Shown here: positions 1-9,627 of the stretch, piece after piece | Numbering within the stretch: position 1 is the stretch's first letter | Layout of the letters: each line of letters opens with the position of its first letter | Assembly (NCBI GenBank): GCA_029821495.1 | Contig: JALGTG010000001.1 | Coordinates: 1 to 44,561, forward strand | Direction of reading: 5' to 3' | DNA from: Candidatus Hebobacteria bacterium | Lineage (GTDB): Bacteria > Armatimonadota > Hebobacteria > Hebobacterales > Hebobacteraceae | Length of the DNA stretch: 44,561 nucleotides | Notes under the pieces: model-generated | What the model was told of the DNA's origin: nothing | Database searches by the model: none | What the model saw: the letters and a program-made list of their open reading frames with translations, nothing else | Position numbers and translations under genes: made by a program

Positions 1-1
1 G

Positions 2-1219
2 CCCCTCGACTTGGGCGGAAGTGTGGTCTCGGGCATGCACGTCGACAGTGTCTACCGCCTTCGCCAGGCGCTGGGGCTCGACGAGCCCGGCACCCCAATA
101 AGAGTGATTGAGCCGTATCAGATGCTCGGCGAAGTGGGGCCAGACCTCATAGACACGCTCGGCATAGACGTCGTTCCCTTATGCGGCACAACGACATTCT
201 TCGGGTTCGAGAGCCGGGGATGGAAGTCATGGACCACTTTCCATGGAACCCCCGTGCTCGTGCCGGAGGGCTTCAACACTGATCCCGAGCCCGACGGCGA
301 TCTGCTGATGTACCCGGAGGGGGACAGGTCAGCGCCCCCCAGCGCACGCATGCCGGCCGGCGGCTACTACTTCGACGCCATCATCCGTCAACCGCCGCTG
401 CCTGAAGGCGAGCTCACTGTCGAGGACAACCTGGAGGAGTTCGGTCCCGTCACTGACTCCGAACTCGACCACTTCCGCCGGAGCGCCGAAGACCTGTACT
501 CGCGGACCGACAAAGCCATTCTCGGCAACTTCGGAGGCACTGGCTTCGGCGACATCGCTCACGTCCCGGCCCCGGGGCTCAAGCACCCGCGCGGCATCCG
601 CGACATCGAGGAATGGTACGTCAGCGCGCTCACCCGCCCCGACCACGTGTACGAGATCTTCGAGCGACAGTGCGAGATCGGCCTTGCCAATCTGGACAAG
701 ATCCACGGCGTCGTCGGCGAGCGGATCACCGGCCTGTTCGTGACCGGGACCGACTTCGGCACACAGCGCGGGCCCTTCGTCTCCCCGCAGACCTATCGAG
801 ACCTCTACAAGCCCTTCCACACAGCCGTCAACGACTGGGTCCACGGCCACACCACCTGGCGGACCTTCATCCACACCTGCGGCTCCGTGCGTGCTCTCAT
901 CCCAGACTTCATCGATGCCGGATTCGATATCCTCAATCCCGTGCAGATCTCCGCCGCCGGCATGGACCCGGCCGAGCTCAAGCGCGACTTCGGCGACAGC
1001 ATCACGTTCTGGGGCGGAGGCGTGGATACGCAGCGAACGCTTCCGTTCGGCTCCGCGGAAGAGGTGCGCCGCCAGGTCAGCGAGACTGTATCGGCGCTCT
1101 CGAAGAACGGCGGGTTCGTGTTCGCCGCCGTCCACAACATCCAGTCCCGAACCCCCACCGAGAACCTGCTCGCCCTTTACGACGCATTTGCACAGGAGAG
1201 AGTGCGCCTCACAGCCTAG
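2..1219 (+). CDS. Uroporphyrinogen decarboxylase (URO-D)/MtaA-CmuA-like family protein, 5'-truncated by the window edge
   Basis: Frame is open from base 2 (PLDLGGS..). Motifs TDFGTQRGPFVSP, FIHTCGS, GFDILNPVQ, FWGGGVDTQ and GGFVFAAVHNIQ are typical of this TIM-barrel family. Confidence 0.85.
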   Translation, partial: PLDLGGSVVSGMHVDSVYRLRQALGLDEPGTPIRVIEPYQMLGEVGPDLIDTLGIDVVPLCGTTTFFGFESRGWKSWTTFHGTPVLVPEGFNTDPEPDGDLLMYPEGDRSAPPSARMPAGGYYFDAIIRQPPLPEGELTVEDNLEEFGPVTDSELDHFRRSAEDLYSRTDKAILGNFGGTGFGDIAHVPAPGLKHPRGIRDIEEWYVSALTRPDHVYEIFERQCEIGLANLDKIHGVVGERITGLFVTGTDFGTQRGPFVSPQTYRDLYKPFHTAVNDWVHGHTTWRTFIHTCGSVRALIPDFIDAGFDILNPVQISAAGMDPAELKRDFGDSITFWGGGVDTQRTLPFGSAEEVRRQVSETVSALSKNGGFVFAAVHNIQSRTPTENLLALYDAFAQERVRLTA

Positions 1220-1375
1220 CGATCGCCCCGAGAGCGGCCGGCGTCGCCAACAGCCCCTGAGACCGCCCGTCGCTGGCCGGAGGGAACAGGATCGCCGCCG
1301 GCTCAGTGTCGAGTAGAGCGCACACCGCAGAGGCCACGCGGGAGTCTCCCCGGCAGGCGTGACCCGGAAGCAGTC

Positions 1376-3241
1376 TCAGCCAAGGCAATTCTCCTCCCCA
1401 GACAGCGCCGCGAGCACTGCCTCCCGAACCTGCTGTCGCTTCACCTTCAGCGTATACGTCCGCGGAAGCTCGCCATCCCAGAAATGAAACCGCCGTACCC
1501 GCTGGTGCCCGCGGAGTTCTCGGGCGATGCGCGAAGCTGCTGACTCAACGGCTCCCCTACGGGCCCCGACCGACGGCCCCCCCTCGGAGTCGTCCAGCAC
1601 AACGACGGCGTGAACCGCGTGGCCCGCGCTTCCCGGATCGGGAACTCCGACAACGCAGAACTCCTTCACGTGTGGCAGCTCCCGGTACAGCCATTCGATC
1701 TCGTCCGGATAGACGTTCTTGCCCGCACCCGTCACTATCACATCGTCTGCGCGTCCGGCGAGCGTAAGGTAGCCATCTCGCTCCAGCCGCCCTCGGTCCC
1801 CCGTTCGGAACCAGCCATCGCGGAATGCTCGACCGGTAGACTCCTCATCGTTGCAGTAGCCCGAGAACACGCAGGGACCTCTGACCATGATATCCCCCAC
1901 TCCGTCGCCGTCAGGATGATCGATCCGTAGCTCTACGCCCGGCAGAGGAGGCCCCGCCGTCCCGCGGCGAGGGCGCTCGGGCGGGTTAAGAGTCAGAACA
2001 GGCGAAGTCTCCGTCAGTCCGTATCCCTCGCAGACGGTCAACCCCAGCAGGTCGAGCGAATCGAAGACGTCGGGCGGGAGCGCCGCGCCGCCGCTGACCA
2101 GGAAGCGTATGCGTCCGCCAAACCGCCTGTGTGCCCTGCGGAAGAGAACGGCTCGGAGTCGCCGCGCGGCCGGAGCCAGCAGGCCCAGCGCTCCCTCCAG
2201 CCCGCGACAGACACGCGCTGCGCCAAGGAGCAAGACATAGACTCCACGTCTGGCCGGACCGGCCGACTCGACCGTCTGAGCGATCCTTCTAGCCAGCAGC
2301 GCATACAGCCGAGGCACGCCGATCACGACAGTCGTTCTCGTCGCCTGCATGGCTTCGAGCAGCGCCGCCGGCGTGACCCGGTCCACATATGTCACCGTCG
2401 CACCAGCGCTCAGGGGCGCCAGCAATCCCGCCGTGAATCCCAGCACGTGGTACAGCGGCAGCACCGACAGGAACTCATCCGAACGACCTATGGACACAAC
2501 CTGCCTGATGGCTCGCAGGTTCGCGAGGAAGTTCGCATGCGTCAGGGGCACACCTTTCGGTGCCAGAGTCGTCCCCGACGTGAACGGCATTAGGGCGCAC
2601 TCGTTCTCTGCCTGCCCTCCCATCGTCTTTGGCCGCTGGGCGCCGACCTCCTCACCCCCGCCGTCACCCGCGAGCTGGGACTCGTCCGGCGCGCACGCAA
2701 ACGCCTCCACTTCGAACGCTCTGGGCTGCCCGGCGGCTTCGGCGAGGGCACATCCGACACGTTCGAGAACGCGCCGTGAAGCAAGCCACACGCGGGCGCC
2801 CGTCTTGTCGGACATTGCCAGGATGCTGTGTGCGTCAAGCTCGGGGTCTACTGGCACCGCGACCGCGCCCTGCGAGACTGCTGCAAAGTAAGCTACTCCC
2901 CACCCCAGCGAATTCTCGGAGACCAGAAGCACCCGGTCTCCGCGGGCAACGCCGGCCGCCGCAAGGATCCGGCCCCAGGCCTCAGCCCTGCCCCTCAGCT
3001 CCGCGTAGCTCAGCCTCTCCCAGCGCCCGCCCCGCAGAACCTGCAGGGCCGCCTTGTCTCGGTGCTCCAGCGCCGCCCTATCCAGGAAGCTGGCGAGCGC
3101 GTTTGCCTCACACGGTTCGCCGCGCGCGCTCTCCGCCTGCACTGTGTCGGGTCCGCTCATCTCCGCTGTCCGCGGCATCCCAAAGAGCCGCACTGCCTCC
3201 ACGTGGTGGGCCGCCGTGCTCGGCGACCGGTTCGTTCCCAT
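1376..3241 (-). CDS. AMP-dependent long-chain acyl-CoA synthetase (FadD-like)
   Basis: ANL-family motifs FTSGTTLAPKG, GYGLTETSP, GWFRTGD, GKNVYPDEIE and the C-terminal catalytic Lys (TLKVKR). Start uncertain: 3310 GTG, 3241 ATG or downstream. Confidence 0.88.
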   Translation of the reverse strand: MGTNRSPSTAAHHVEAVRLFGMPRTAEMSGPDTVQAESARGEPCEANALASFLDRAALEHRDKAALQVLRGGRWERLSYAELRGRAEAWGRILAAAGVARGDRVLLVSENSLGWGVAYFAAVSQGAVAVPVDPELDAHSILAMSDKTGARVWLASRRVLERVGCALAEAAGQPRAFEVEAFACAPDESQLAGDGGGEEVGAQRPKTMGGQAENECALMPFTSGTTLAPKGVPLTHANFLANLRAIRQVVSIGRSDEFLSVLPLYHVLGFTAGLLAPLSAGATVTYVDRVTPAALLEAMQATRTTVVIGVPRLYALLARRIAQTVESAGPARRGVYVLLLGAARVCRGLEGALGLLAPAARRLRAVLFRRAHRRFGGRIRFLVSGGAALPPDVFDSLDLLGLTVCEGYGLTETSPVLTLNPPERPRRGTAGPPLPGVELRIDHPDGDGVGDIMVRGPCVFSGYCNDEESTGRAFRDGWFRTGDRGRLERDGYLTLAGRADDVIVTGAGKNVYPDEIEWLYRELPHVKEFCVVGVPDPGSAGHAVHAVVVLDDSEGGPSVGARRGAVESAASRIARELRGHQRVRRFHFWDGELPRTYTLKVKRQQVREAVLAALSGEENCLG

Positions 3242-3406
3242 CCCCCGCCTGTCCTGCCGTTGTGGTCGGGACCGCCGTCCAGAGCACCAAGCTGACGTGT
3301 ACGCGATCACCTACTCACGCGTATCCCCTGACCTTGAGTGTGGCCGCCCGCCGGGCGAGCACGTGGAAGGGACCCCGTCTGGCGAGGCCGAACGTTAGCT
3401 CTGCCC

Positions 3407-5365
3407 ATGGAAGGCCCGGCCAGAGCTTCATCACGCGCAGGCGGCGTGACCCGGCGCGCCGTGTTGCTGGGGCTGGCGCTGCTGGTGGTGTTGGTGCCCA
3501 TCGCCTTCTTCGTCGAGATCGCTTGGAACCGAGCCACCATGTTCGTCGGCGTGCCCTCCATGACCCCCGTCGTGCTCGTCTTCGCGCTGGCGGCCGCGGG
3601 CGGCCTCCCGTTCTTCCGCCGAATTGGGCTCACCCGCCGGGAGCTGCTGGTCGTCTACTCCATGCTGCTGGTCGCGGGGCCGCTGATCGGCGCCACCACG
3701 ATCGCCTGGATGCTGTGCGGCACCATCCACTACTACTACATGTCCCGCATCTACGTCGTCTGGCAAACAGCCTTCCTCTCCCATGTGCCCACCTGGTTCG
3801 CGCCCAGTGACCCCACCGCGGCAGAGGGGTTCTTCGTGGGCGGAGCCTCCGTCCCTTGGGCTCTTTGGTGGCAGCCCCTGCTCGCCTGGGGCGCCTTCAT
3901 GCTCGGCCTCTTTCTCTGCGCTCTCTGCATCATTGCCCTGTTGCAGCGGCAGTGGATCGGCAACGAGCGGCTGACCTTCCCGATCGCACAGGTGCCCCTC
4001 GAGATGGTGACGCAGGACAGCGCGAAAGACGGCCGGGGCAGGCTCCCGCGAGGCTGGCCCTTCTGGATTGGCGTGCTGGTCTCGTTCGGCGTGACCCTTC
4101 TGAACGCACTCTCATCGCGCTGGCCCTCAATCCCTGACATCCCGCTCGGACCCCTGGCACTGATGCGGGAGCAGCGAGTCGGCCCACTTGGCGCCATCGG
4201 CGAGGTCACGCTTGTGCTGTGGCCGTGGATGATTGCCATCGCCTATCTGATCCCGAAGGAGCTTTCCTTCTCCGCCTGGTTCTTCTGGTGGCTCCTGGTC
4301 GCGGCCAACATACTGGGGGTGTTCGCGGGCGCGGAGCCGAGGGATCCTTCGATGATCTGGGATAGCGGCTTCCCCGCACCCCGCTTCCAGGGCGGCGGGG
4401 CCCTCCTCGCCATCGGCATCTGGGGCCTCCTGATCGCGCGCAGCCACCTGGCGCGGGCGTTGCGTATCGCAGTGACCCGGCGGCGCTCCGCAGCCGACGC
4501 GGATGAGCCTGTCTCCTATCGCCTGGCTCTGATCGGCATAGTCCTCACCTTCGCTGGCCTGGTCTACTACGATTGGCGCGCCGGCTGCCGGGTGGGAGTC
4601 GCAGTCGCCCTCATCGGTGGCATTCTCGCCTACTACATCGTATGGGCCCGGCTCCGCGCGGAAACGGGCCTCGGCTTCTCGATGTTTCCGATCGAGCTCG
4701 AGTTCGTGCTCAATACCCCCTTTGGCAGCTCCTTCTATAGTGTGCGGGAGGCGGTCATCATCATGTCCACCCGCTGGACCTACGGCCAGGGCTTCGGCAC
4801 CATCTACGAGGTGTGCTCCGGCAACGCCCTCGAGACTTTCAAGATCGCCGACGCCGCCGGGATCGACAAACGGCGGCTCGCGAAGGCGATGCTTGCCGGG
4901 TTCGCTCTGACTCTCGTGCTGGGGCTGGTCGTGGTACTGACCGGCATCTACCACTACGGATGGTTCGGCCTGCGCGGGCTGCAGACAGGCTGGCTCGGCC
5001 CGCAGAGCATCGGGGACGGCGGGCGAATCATCTGGCGGCAGATGTACCCCACCAACACTGACGTCAACGGGCTAATCGCCATCGTCTTCGGCGCCGCATT
5101 CGCCATCTTCCTCGGAGCGATGCGACTGCGCTTCTGGTGGTGGCCTCTCCATCCCGTCGGCTATATGGCGGGGATGTGCTGGGGCCTGAACTGGTACTGG
5201 ATGCCCTTCCTCGTCGGCTGGGCCTGCAAGACCCTCGTCGTCCGCTATGGCGGCCTCCGCCTCTACCGGACTACGGTGCCGCTGGCCATTGGCTTCATCG
5301 TCGGCGACCTCTTGAACGCGGGGCTCTGGGCGCTCGTCGGGCTGTTCACACTGGGAGAGGTCTAA
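3407..5365 (+). CDS. Large polytopic membrane protein, DUF6785/DUF6784-like (putative OPT-like transporter)
   Basis: About 650 aa with many hydrophobic segments. Motifs LTRRELLVVY, RQWIGNERLTFPIAQVP, RLRAETG, WWPLHPVGY and RYGGLRLYR..PLAIG are recognised from this family. ATG 3407 preferred over GTG 3338. Confidence 0.7.
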   Translation: MEGPARASSRAGGVTRRAVLLGLALLVVLVPIAFFVEIAWNRATMFVGVPSMTPVVLVFALAAAGGLPFFRRIGLTRRELLVVYSMLLVAGPLIGATTIAWMLCGTIHYYYMSRIYVVWQTAFLSHVPTWFAPSDPTAAEGFFVGGASVPWALWWQPLLAWGAFMLGLFLCALCIIALLQRQWIGNERLTFPIAQVPLEMVTQDSAKDGRGRLPRGWPFWIGVLVSFGVTLLNALSSRWPSIPDIPLGPLALMREQRVGPLGAIGEVTLVLWPWMIAIAYLIPKELSFSAWFFWWLLVAANILGVFAGAEPRDPSMIWDSGFPAPRFQGGGALLAIGIWGLLIARSHLARALRIAVTRRRSAADADEPVSYRLALIGIVLTFAGLVYYDWRAGCRVGVAVALIGGILAYYIVWARLRAETGLGFSMFPIELEFVLNTPFGSSFYSVREAVIIMSTRWTYGQGFGTIYEVCSGNALETFKIADAAGIDKRRLAKAMLAGFALTLVLGLVVVLTGIYHYGWFGLRGLQTGWLGPQSIGDGGRIIWRQMYPTNTDVNGLIAIVFGAAFAIFLGAMRLRFWWWPLHPVGYMAGMCWGLNWYWMPFLVGWACKTLVVRYGGLRLYRTTVPLAIGFIVGDLLNAGLWALVGLFTLGEV

Positions 5366-5480
5366 CCCACACCCGCCTTCGGCGTGCGCCGCCCCTCCCC
5401 GACCTGAAGTGGTACGCCGGCTAGGTCACAGCCGTGGCCGCTCTGGCCGAACCTGCACCCGGTCATCGCGGCGGCAAGGG

Positions 5481-6149
5481 TCACTCATCCGCGTCGGAAA
5501 GAGCCTCCTGCTCCTCGGCCACCCGCCCCATGTGGTAGCACAGCACCTCGATTTCGCGCGTCAGATCCACATGGCGGACGGCCACCCCTGGCGGCACCTC
5601 GATCCGGCTCGGTGCGAAGTTCAGAATGGCGCGAACACCCGCATCAACAAGCCGGTCGGCCACTTCCTGAGCGGCCTCCGCGGGCACTGCGATGATCCCG
5701 ATACCGGCGCGCATGTGCTGGTTGACTTCCGTCAGCCGATGGACGTCTAGGATCTCGACGTCCCAGAGCATGCGGCCGATCTTGTTGAAGTTGTTGTCGA
5801 AGATCCCCACGATGCGGAACGGCGAATCGGAGAACCCGGCATATCCGGCCAGCGCCGCGCCCAGGTTGCCGGCGCCGATGATGGCAACGCGGTGTTCCTG
5901 GTCGAGCTGCATGATCTCCGTGAGCCGGGAGAGAAGCTGTTGCACCTCGTAACCAGTGCCGGGCTTGCCGAACTCGCCGAAGTACGAGAGGTCCTTCCTA
6001 ATCTGTGCAGATACGACGCCGCAGTGGGATCCCAGCTGCGCGGAGGAGATAGTCTTGGCGCCATCCTTGGCCAACTGGCGCAGACAGCGAAGATACAGAC
6101 TCAGCCGAGACAGCGTTGGCTCTGGAGCTTTGCCGGAGGGTTGCACCAA
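5481..6149 (-). CDS. rex: Redox-sensing transcriptional repressor Rex
   Basis: TLSRLSLYLR, SSAQLG and QIRKDLSYFGEFGKPGTGY (winged helix); Rossmann IIGAGNLG; AILNFAP. RBS-like AAAGGGGG lies before TTG 6149/GTG 6146. Confidence 0.95.
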   Translation of the reverse strand: MVQPSGKAPEPTLSRLSLYLRCLRQLAKDGAKTISSAQLGSHCGVVSAQIRKDLSYFGEFGKPGTGYEVQQLLSRLTEIMQLDQEHRVAIIGAGNLGAALAGYAGFSDSPFRIVGIFDNNFNKIGRMLWDVEILDVHRLTEVNQHMRAGIGIIAVPAEAAQEVADRLVDAGVRAILNFAPSRIEVPPGVAVRHVDLTREIEVLCYHMGRVAEEQEALSDADE

Positions 6150-6209
6150 CGCAGGGCCCCCTTTGCGCGGCGGCTGCAGCACATGTTGCGCACAGTCCGT
6201 CGGCCGCGC

Positions 6210-6227
6210 CCGTGAAATAATTCACTA
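6210..6227. promoter_or_regulatory. Rex operator (autoregulatory)
   Basis: ccGTGAA-ATAA-TTCACta matches the Rex consensus TTGTGAA-N4-TTCACAA in its core palindrome and lies just upstream of rex. Confidence 0.8.
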
Positions 6228-6233
6228 GCTCGT

Positions 6234-6262
6234 ATTCTACCCCATATCGGCCGCCAGGTCAA
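6234..6262 (-). promoter_or_regulatory. Sigma70-type promoter of rex
   Basis: Minus strand TTGACC (6262-6257), 17 bp, TAGAAT (6239-6234). Confidence 0.75.
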
Positions 6263-6389
6263 CACAGACCCGTCTGAGCGGCGCCACCGCGCCGCCCGGA
6301 CAGGATGCCCCCTCGCTCCTTCCCGCGCGCATCACTCTCCGCTGTCGGCCCTTTCCCGCCTGCCCCCGAGTTCTCTGGCCCAGCCTCCC

Positions 6390-6824
6390 TCAGTTGGAGC
6401 CCGCGATCGCCAGAGCGAGGATCCCGACTGCCAGCCAGAGGTTGCGGGTCTTCCTGGCTTGTCTCTCTCTTTCGGCGGCGAGCCGTTCGTTGAGTTCGTC
6501 CACCCGCTGCCGAAGGAGGGACTCCAGTTCCGCCCGCTCCTTCTCCGCCTCCGCCAGCCGGGCCCGCGCGTCCAGGCGCGCCTTCCCCAGGTCCTCCCGC
6601 AGCACCAGGTTCTCCTTCTCAAGCGCTTCCACGCGCTCGCCCAGCTCCGCCGGCGTTTGCTCGCGCTCCGGCGCCTCGGCCGCCGCGGCCTGACCGACGA
6701 CCTTCCGATGCACATCGCCGGGAGCTTCCCCCGGGTCGGGCGTGTCCCCGAACGCGCTGCCAAGCAGGCACAGCGCGGCGATGCAGCAGGCACCTACATG
6801 AGCCAAAGTCGTGGACGTCTTCAT
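6390..6824 (-). CDS. Exported coiled-coil protein with a C-terminal membrane anchor
   Basis: Signal-peptide-like N-terminus (..ALCLLGSAFG), heptad E/R/L-rich core and C-terminal NLWLAVGILALAIAG. The start overlaps the upstream stop (ATGA). Confidence 0.7.
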   Translation of the reverse strand: MKTSTTLAHVGACCIAALCLLGSAFGDTPDPGEAPGDVHRKVVGQAAAAEAPEREQTPAELGERVEALEKENLVLREDLGKARLDARARLAEAEKERAELESLLRQRVDELNERLAAERERQARKTRNLWLAVGILALAIAGSN

Positions 6825-8893
6825 TCGGCTTCCTCCGTTGCTTCAACTATCACACGTCCTGCTACGGCGCGGCAGGCGACCTCCTCGCCACTCGACGAGA
6901 GCAGCGAGACCGGCCCCAGCGAAAAGGCGCTCTCCCCCGGCTGCTTCACCATGAACACGGCAGTGAACAGAGTGGCCTCCGGGAGATTGAGGGCCGGCGC
7001 GTCCCTGCGCTCGCCCCCGACGTCAATGATATTGCCGGGGAGCTGGCGCCCTGCACTCCACGGCGACAGCAGACGGCCGGCCTCGACGAAGGCATCGCCT
7101 CGGGACACGTAAAGCGGCTCCAGAACGGCCGGATCGTAGCCGAGCGATACCCGCGCCCCCGCGAAATCGCGGGCCGGCACCACCTTCACGGCGATTGGCA
7201 GAAGGGTCGGCTGATAGTCGGTGGTCAGCGGCACCGTCTGGTCTGACGGATAGACCCGTAGCTCCGGAGTCAGGCGCGGCACTATCACAGCGCGCTGCGC
7301 TCGGACGGGCTTCGCCCCTCCGGCCGTGCCTTCGACCAACATCGACAGCGAGCCGGTGGGCAGGCCGAGCGCGCGCACCCGCCAGGCGAAGCTCAGGCTC
7401 TGGCTGGGGTCCAGACGAGACGCGACCTGAGTCTCCGGGAGCCCTTGGACTAGTTCGAGGCCATCCGGGAGAGAGAGCGACACAACCAGGTTGCCGCCGC
7501 TTTGTCCGCCGTGGTTCGTAACCAGTGCCTGGACCAGGAACGGATTCGGCGCGTGCCGATTCTCCGGCGTCACCAGCAGCTTGTGTGGCGCACTGACGGT
7601 CAGCGAGAGCTGAGGCGGGCTGTTGACGATTATCTCTCGAACCACCTGGTTTGGCTCGAGATTCTCCGACGTGACGGACGCCGTGATCTGCAGATTGCCC
7701 GTCACCTTGCCGGTCGGGGTCAACCTCCAGATAGCCTGCCTTGTCTGGCCCGGCCTCAGCAGGCCCAGCGGCGCCGTTGGCCGGCCCCCGACCAGCTCCA
7801 GCCCTTCGCTCAGCTCCAGCCTCAGAACAGTCCCGCGAGACTCGAATCCCCCCGTGTTCTCCACATACGCCACCACCGAGAACGGCCGCTCCTCGTCATG
7901 CCGGTAGTCCACCTCCGCCGGAGCCGTAAGCCCCAGCGACAGCTCGGCCGGGCTTAGCGTCACGCCCCCGACTCCGTACAGCGTGGCGAACGTACATGAC
8001 TCCCCGGCCGCAACCGGCCTCGGGTCCCAGTACAGCGCAACCGCCGTGTCCTGCGCCTCCTCGCCCCGGCGCGTGAAGTCCGCTCCGGTCGGGAAGGGAT
8101 ACTCCCATGGCGAGTCGGCCAGCGTCCCCCAATCCACCATCTGGAGCCGGTCGGGAGGCGAGATGCCCGTTGACCGCAGCGTCCCCTGCGAAATCACGGC
8201 CGGCTCGGCCAGCGAGTCGAACGCCTGCCAGTAGTCGGGAATCTCATCGCGGGCGAGCTCGGTCGCCGTCGCGATGGCCTGGTCGGCCGCCCGCAGCGGC
8301 GCGCCGTCGTTGGCGCCAAGCATGGTGTCGAGCATGATGCGCAGTCCCACCGTGTGCGGCACATCCCCTTCGTTCTTGATGCGATACGTGATGCGCGCAG
8401 TGTCCTCCACTCGGGTAGTCGGGCTGCGGGCAAACCCGAGCTCCTGGGTCACCCTTATTCCCCCGATGCGGACAGCGGCGTCGATCCCGTTGTCTCCGAC
8501 GACAGGCGGTCGTATCAACTCGCCCGTCGGACAATCCAGCCCGGCGCGTCGCAGGCTCCTCCCTCCAAACAGATACGCCTCCCCGTCCACCAGCACAGTA
8601 GTGTATGACGTCCACGGCGCCCGGCTGCCGTAGACCAGAACCTTTCCATCGTCCGACGAACGAGACGGATCGCCCCCTGTTGTGTCAACCGCAAACCGAC
8701 CCATCTCCACAGGTCCGCGGTTGACGCGTATGCGGATAAACTCGTTCTCGATCGAAACCGTCCCCGGCGGTGGCCCCTCAGGCTGAGCCTCCGCCGCCTC
8801 GGCTCCTCCCATCGCACACGCTGCCACGAACAGGACCACCAGCCCTGCCACCAACCCCTTGCCAATCACGACGAACGGCCGCTCACGATGCAT
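6821..8893 (-). CDS. Secreted multidomain beta-sandwich protein (two NEW3/CARDB-like Ig repeats and a C-terminal cohesin-like domain)
   Basis: Signal peptide or possible lipobox (LFVAAC). Two repeats of V.N.GG.....L.L..GLELV.G......L.P.Q.....W. C-terminal FAGARVSLGYDPAVLE..V..G...LFTAVF.VK.PG resembles the cohesin pattern. RBS-like AAGGA before ATG 8893. Confidence 0.65.
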   Translation of the reverse strand: MHRERPFVVIGKGLVAGLVVLFVAACAMGGAEAAEAQPEGPPPGTVSIENEFIRIRVNRGPVEMGRFAVDTTGGDPSRSSDDGKVLVYGSRAPWTSYTTVLVDGEAYLFGGRSLRRAGLDCPTGELIRPPVVGDNGIDAAVRIGGIRVTQELGFARSPTTRVEDTARITYRIKNEGDVPHTVGLRIMLDTMLGANDGAPLRAADQAIATATELARDEIPDYWQAFDSLAEPAVISQGTLRSTGISPPDRLQMVDWGTLADSPWEYPFPTGADFTRRGEEAQDTAVALYWDPRPVAAGESCTFATLYGVGGVTLSPAELSLGLTAPAEVDYRHDEERPFSVVAYVENTGGFESRGTVLRLELSEGLELVGGRPTAPLGLLRPGQTRQAIWRLTPTGKVTGNLQITASVTSENLEPNQVVREIIVNSPPQLSLTVSAPHKLLVTPENRHAPNPFLVQALVTNHGGQSGGNLVVSLSLPDGLELVQGLPETQVASRLDPSQSLSFAWRVRALGLPTGSLSMLVEGTAGGAKPVRAQRAVIVPRLTPELRVYPSDQTVPLTTDYQPTLLPIAVKVVPARDFAGARVSLGYDPAVLEPLYVSRGDAFVEAGRLLSPWSAGRQLPGNIIDVGGERRDAPALNLPEATLFTAVFMVKQPGESAFSLGPVSLLSSSGEEVACRAVAGRVIVEATEEAE

Positions 8894-8901
8894 GGCACTC
8901 G

Positions 8902-9627
8902 CTATTCCTTCTGAACCTTGGCGCTGGAGAACACAAAAGTGACCGCGCACTTGCCCTCGACCGGCTCGCCGTTCTCGAGCGCGGACCGGAACGTCCAGCC
9001 GCTCTTCACCGCCCTCACCGCGGCGCGGTCGAGCAGTTCATGTCCCGAGCTCTTCGCCACCGCGACAGAAGAAGCACTGCCGTCGGCCGATACCAGCACG
9101 GACAGACTCACCCGCCCCTCGAGGCCTTGGTCGAGCGCGTCCTTCGGATAGACTGGCTCCGGACCTCCGACGATGCCCGGCCCGCGGGTAGGTCCCGCCG
9201 GCTTCTCTTCTTCTCCCCCCGGCCCGGCCGCATCTGCTCCCACCCCTTCGGGTCCCGCGGGCTCTGTGCCCGACTTCGCTGTCAGGAGCTTGGGTGCCGC
9301 GGGAGCCGACTTCGCCCGGCCGCCCGAACTCGAAGGCTGCTCCTTCGCCGGCTCGCGCTTCGCCGCCGCGCTCTCGCTTGTCCTCTTCGGCGCATCCGGC
9401 TGACCCCCGGCCCCCAGCAGCAGCCCGTCTGCCGCGGCCTCGGCCATCGTCAGCTCGATAGGAATGAGAACGGGCGGCCTGATGGGGGTCCGTCCGAACA
9501 GCAGGCCGATGGCGACCAACACTACTGCGTGGAAGGCCACCGAGCAGCCGCCGGCGATCCCGAACCGCCTGCCCGGAGCCATCGGCAATGTGCTCGCGGG
9601 TGGTTGTGAGTCAGTGCCGTTCATCAC
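8902..9627 (-). CDS. tonB: Energy transducer TonB
   Basis: N-terminal TM with SxxxH (CSVAFHAVV), Pro/Ala/Lys linker and TonB_C domain PVYPKDALDQGLEGRV.L..V.ADG...KSSGHELLDRAAVRAV..W.F. Confidence 0.9.
   Translation of the reverse strand: MMNGTDSQPPASTLPMAPGRRFGIAGGCSVAFHAVVLVAIGLLFGRTPIRPPVLIPIELTMAEAAADGLLLGAGGQPDAPKRTSESAAAKREPAKEQPSSSGGRAKSAPAAPKLLTAKSGTEPAGPEGVGADAAGPGGEEEKPAGPTRGPGIVGGPEPVYPKDALDQGLEGRVSLSVLVSADGSASSVAVAKSSGHELLDRAAVRAVKSGWTFRSALENGEPVEGKCAVTFVFSSAKVQKE

Noticed and set aside
2-1219. Calling the first gene hemE or a corrinoid methyltransferase
   Set aside because: It has HTCG but VHN in place of the C-terminal Cys ligand of MtaA-type enzymes, no corrinoid or heme genes are adjacent in the window, and the gene is truncated, so only a family-level call is supportable.
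2629-3810. 393-aa Arg/Pro-rich plus-strand ORF, and similar ones at 12999-14543 and 19566-20648
   Set aside because: Off-frame overlaps of real genes, with composition typical of non-coding GC-rich frames.
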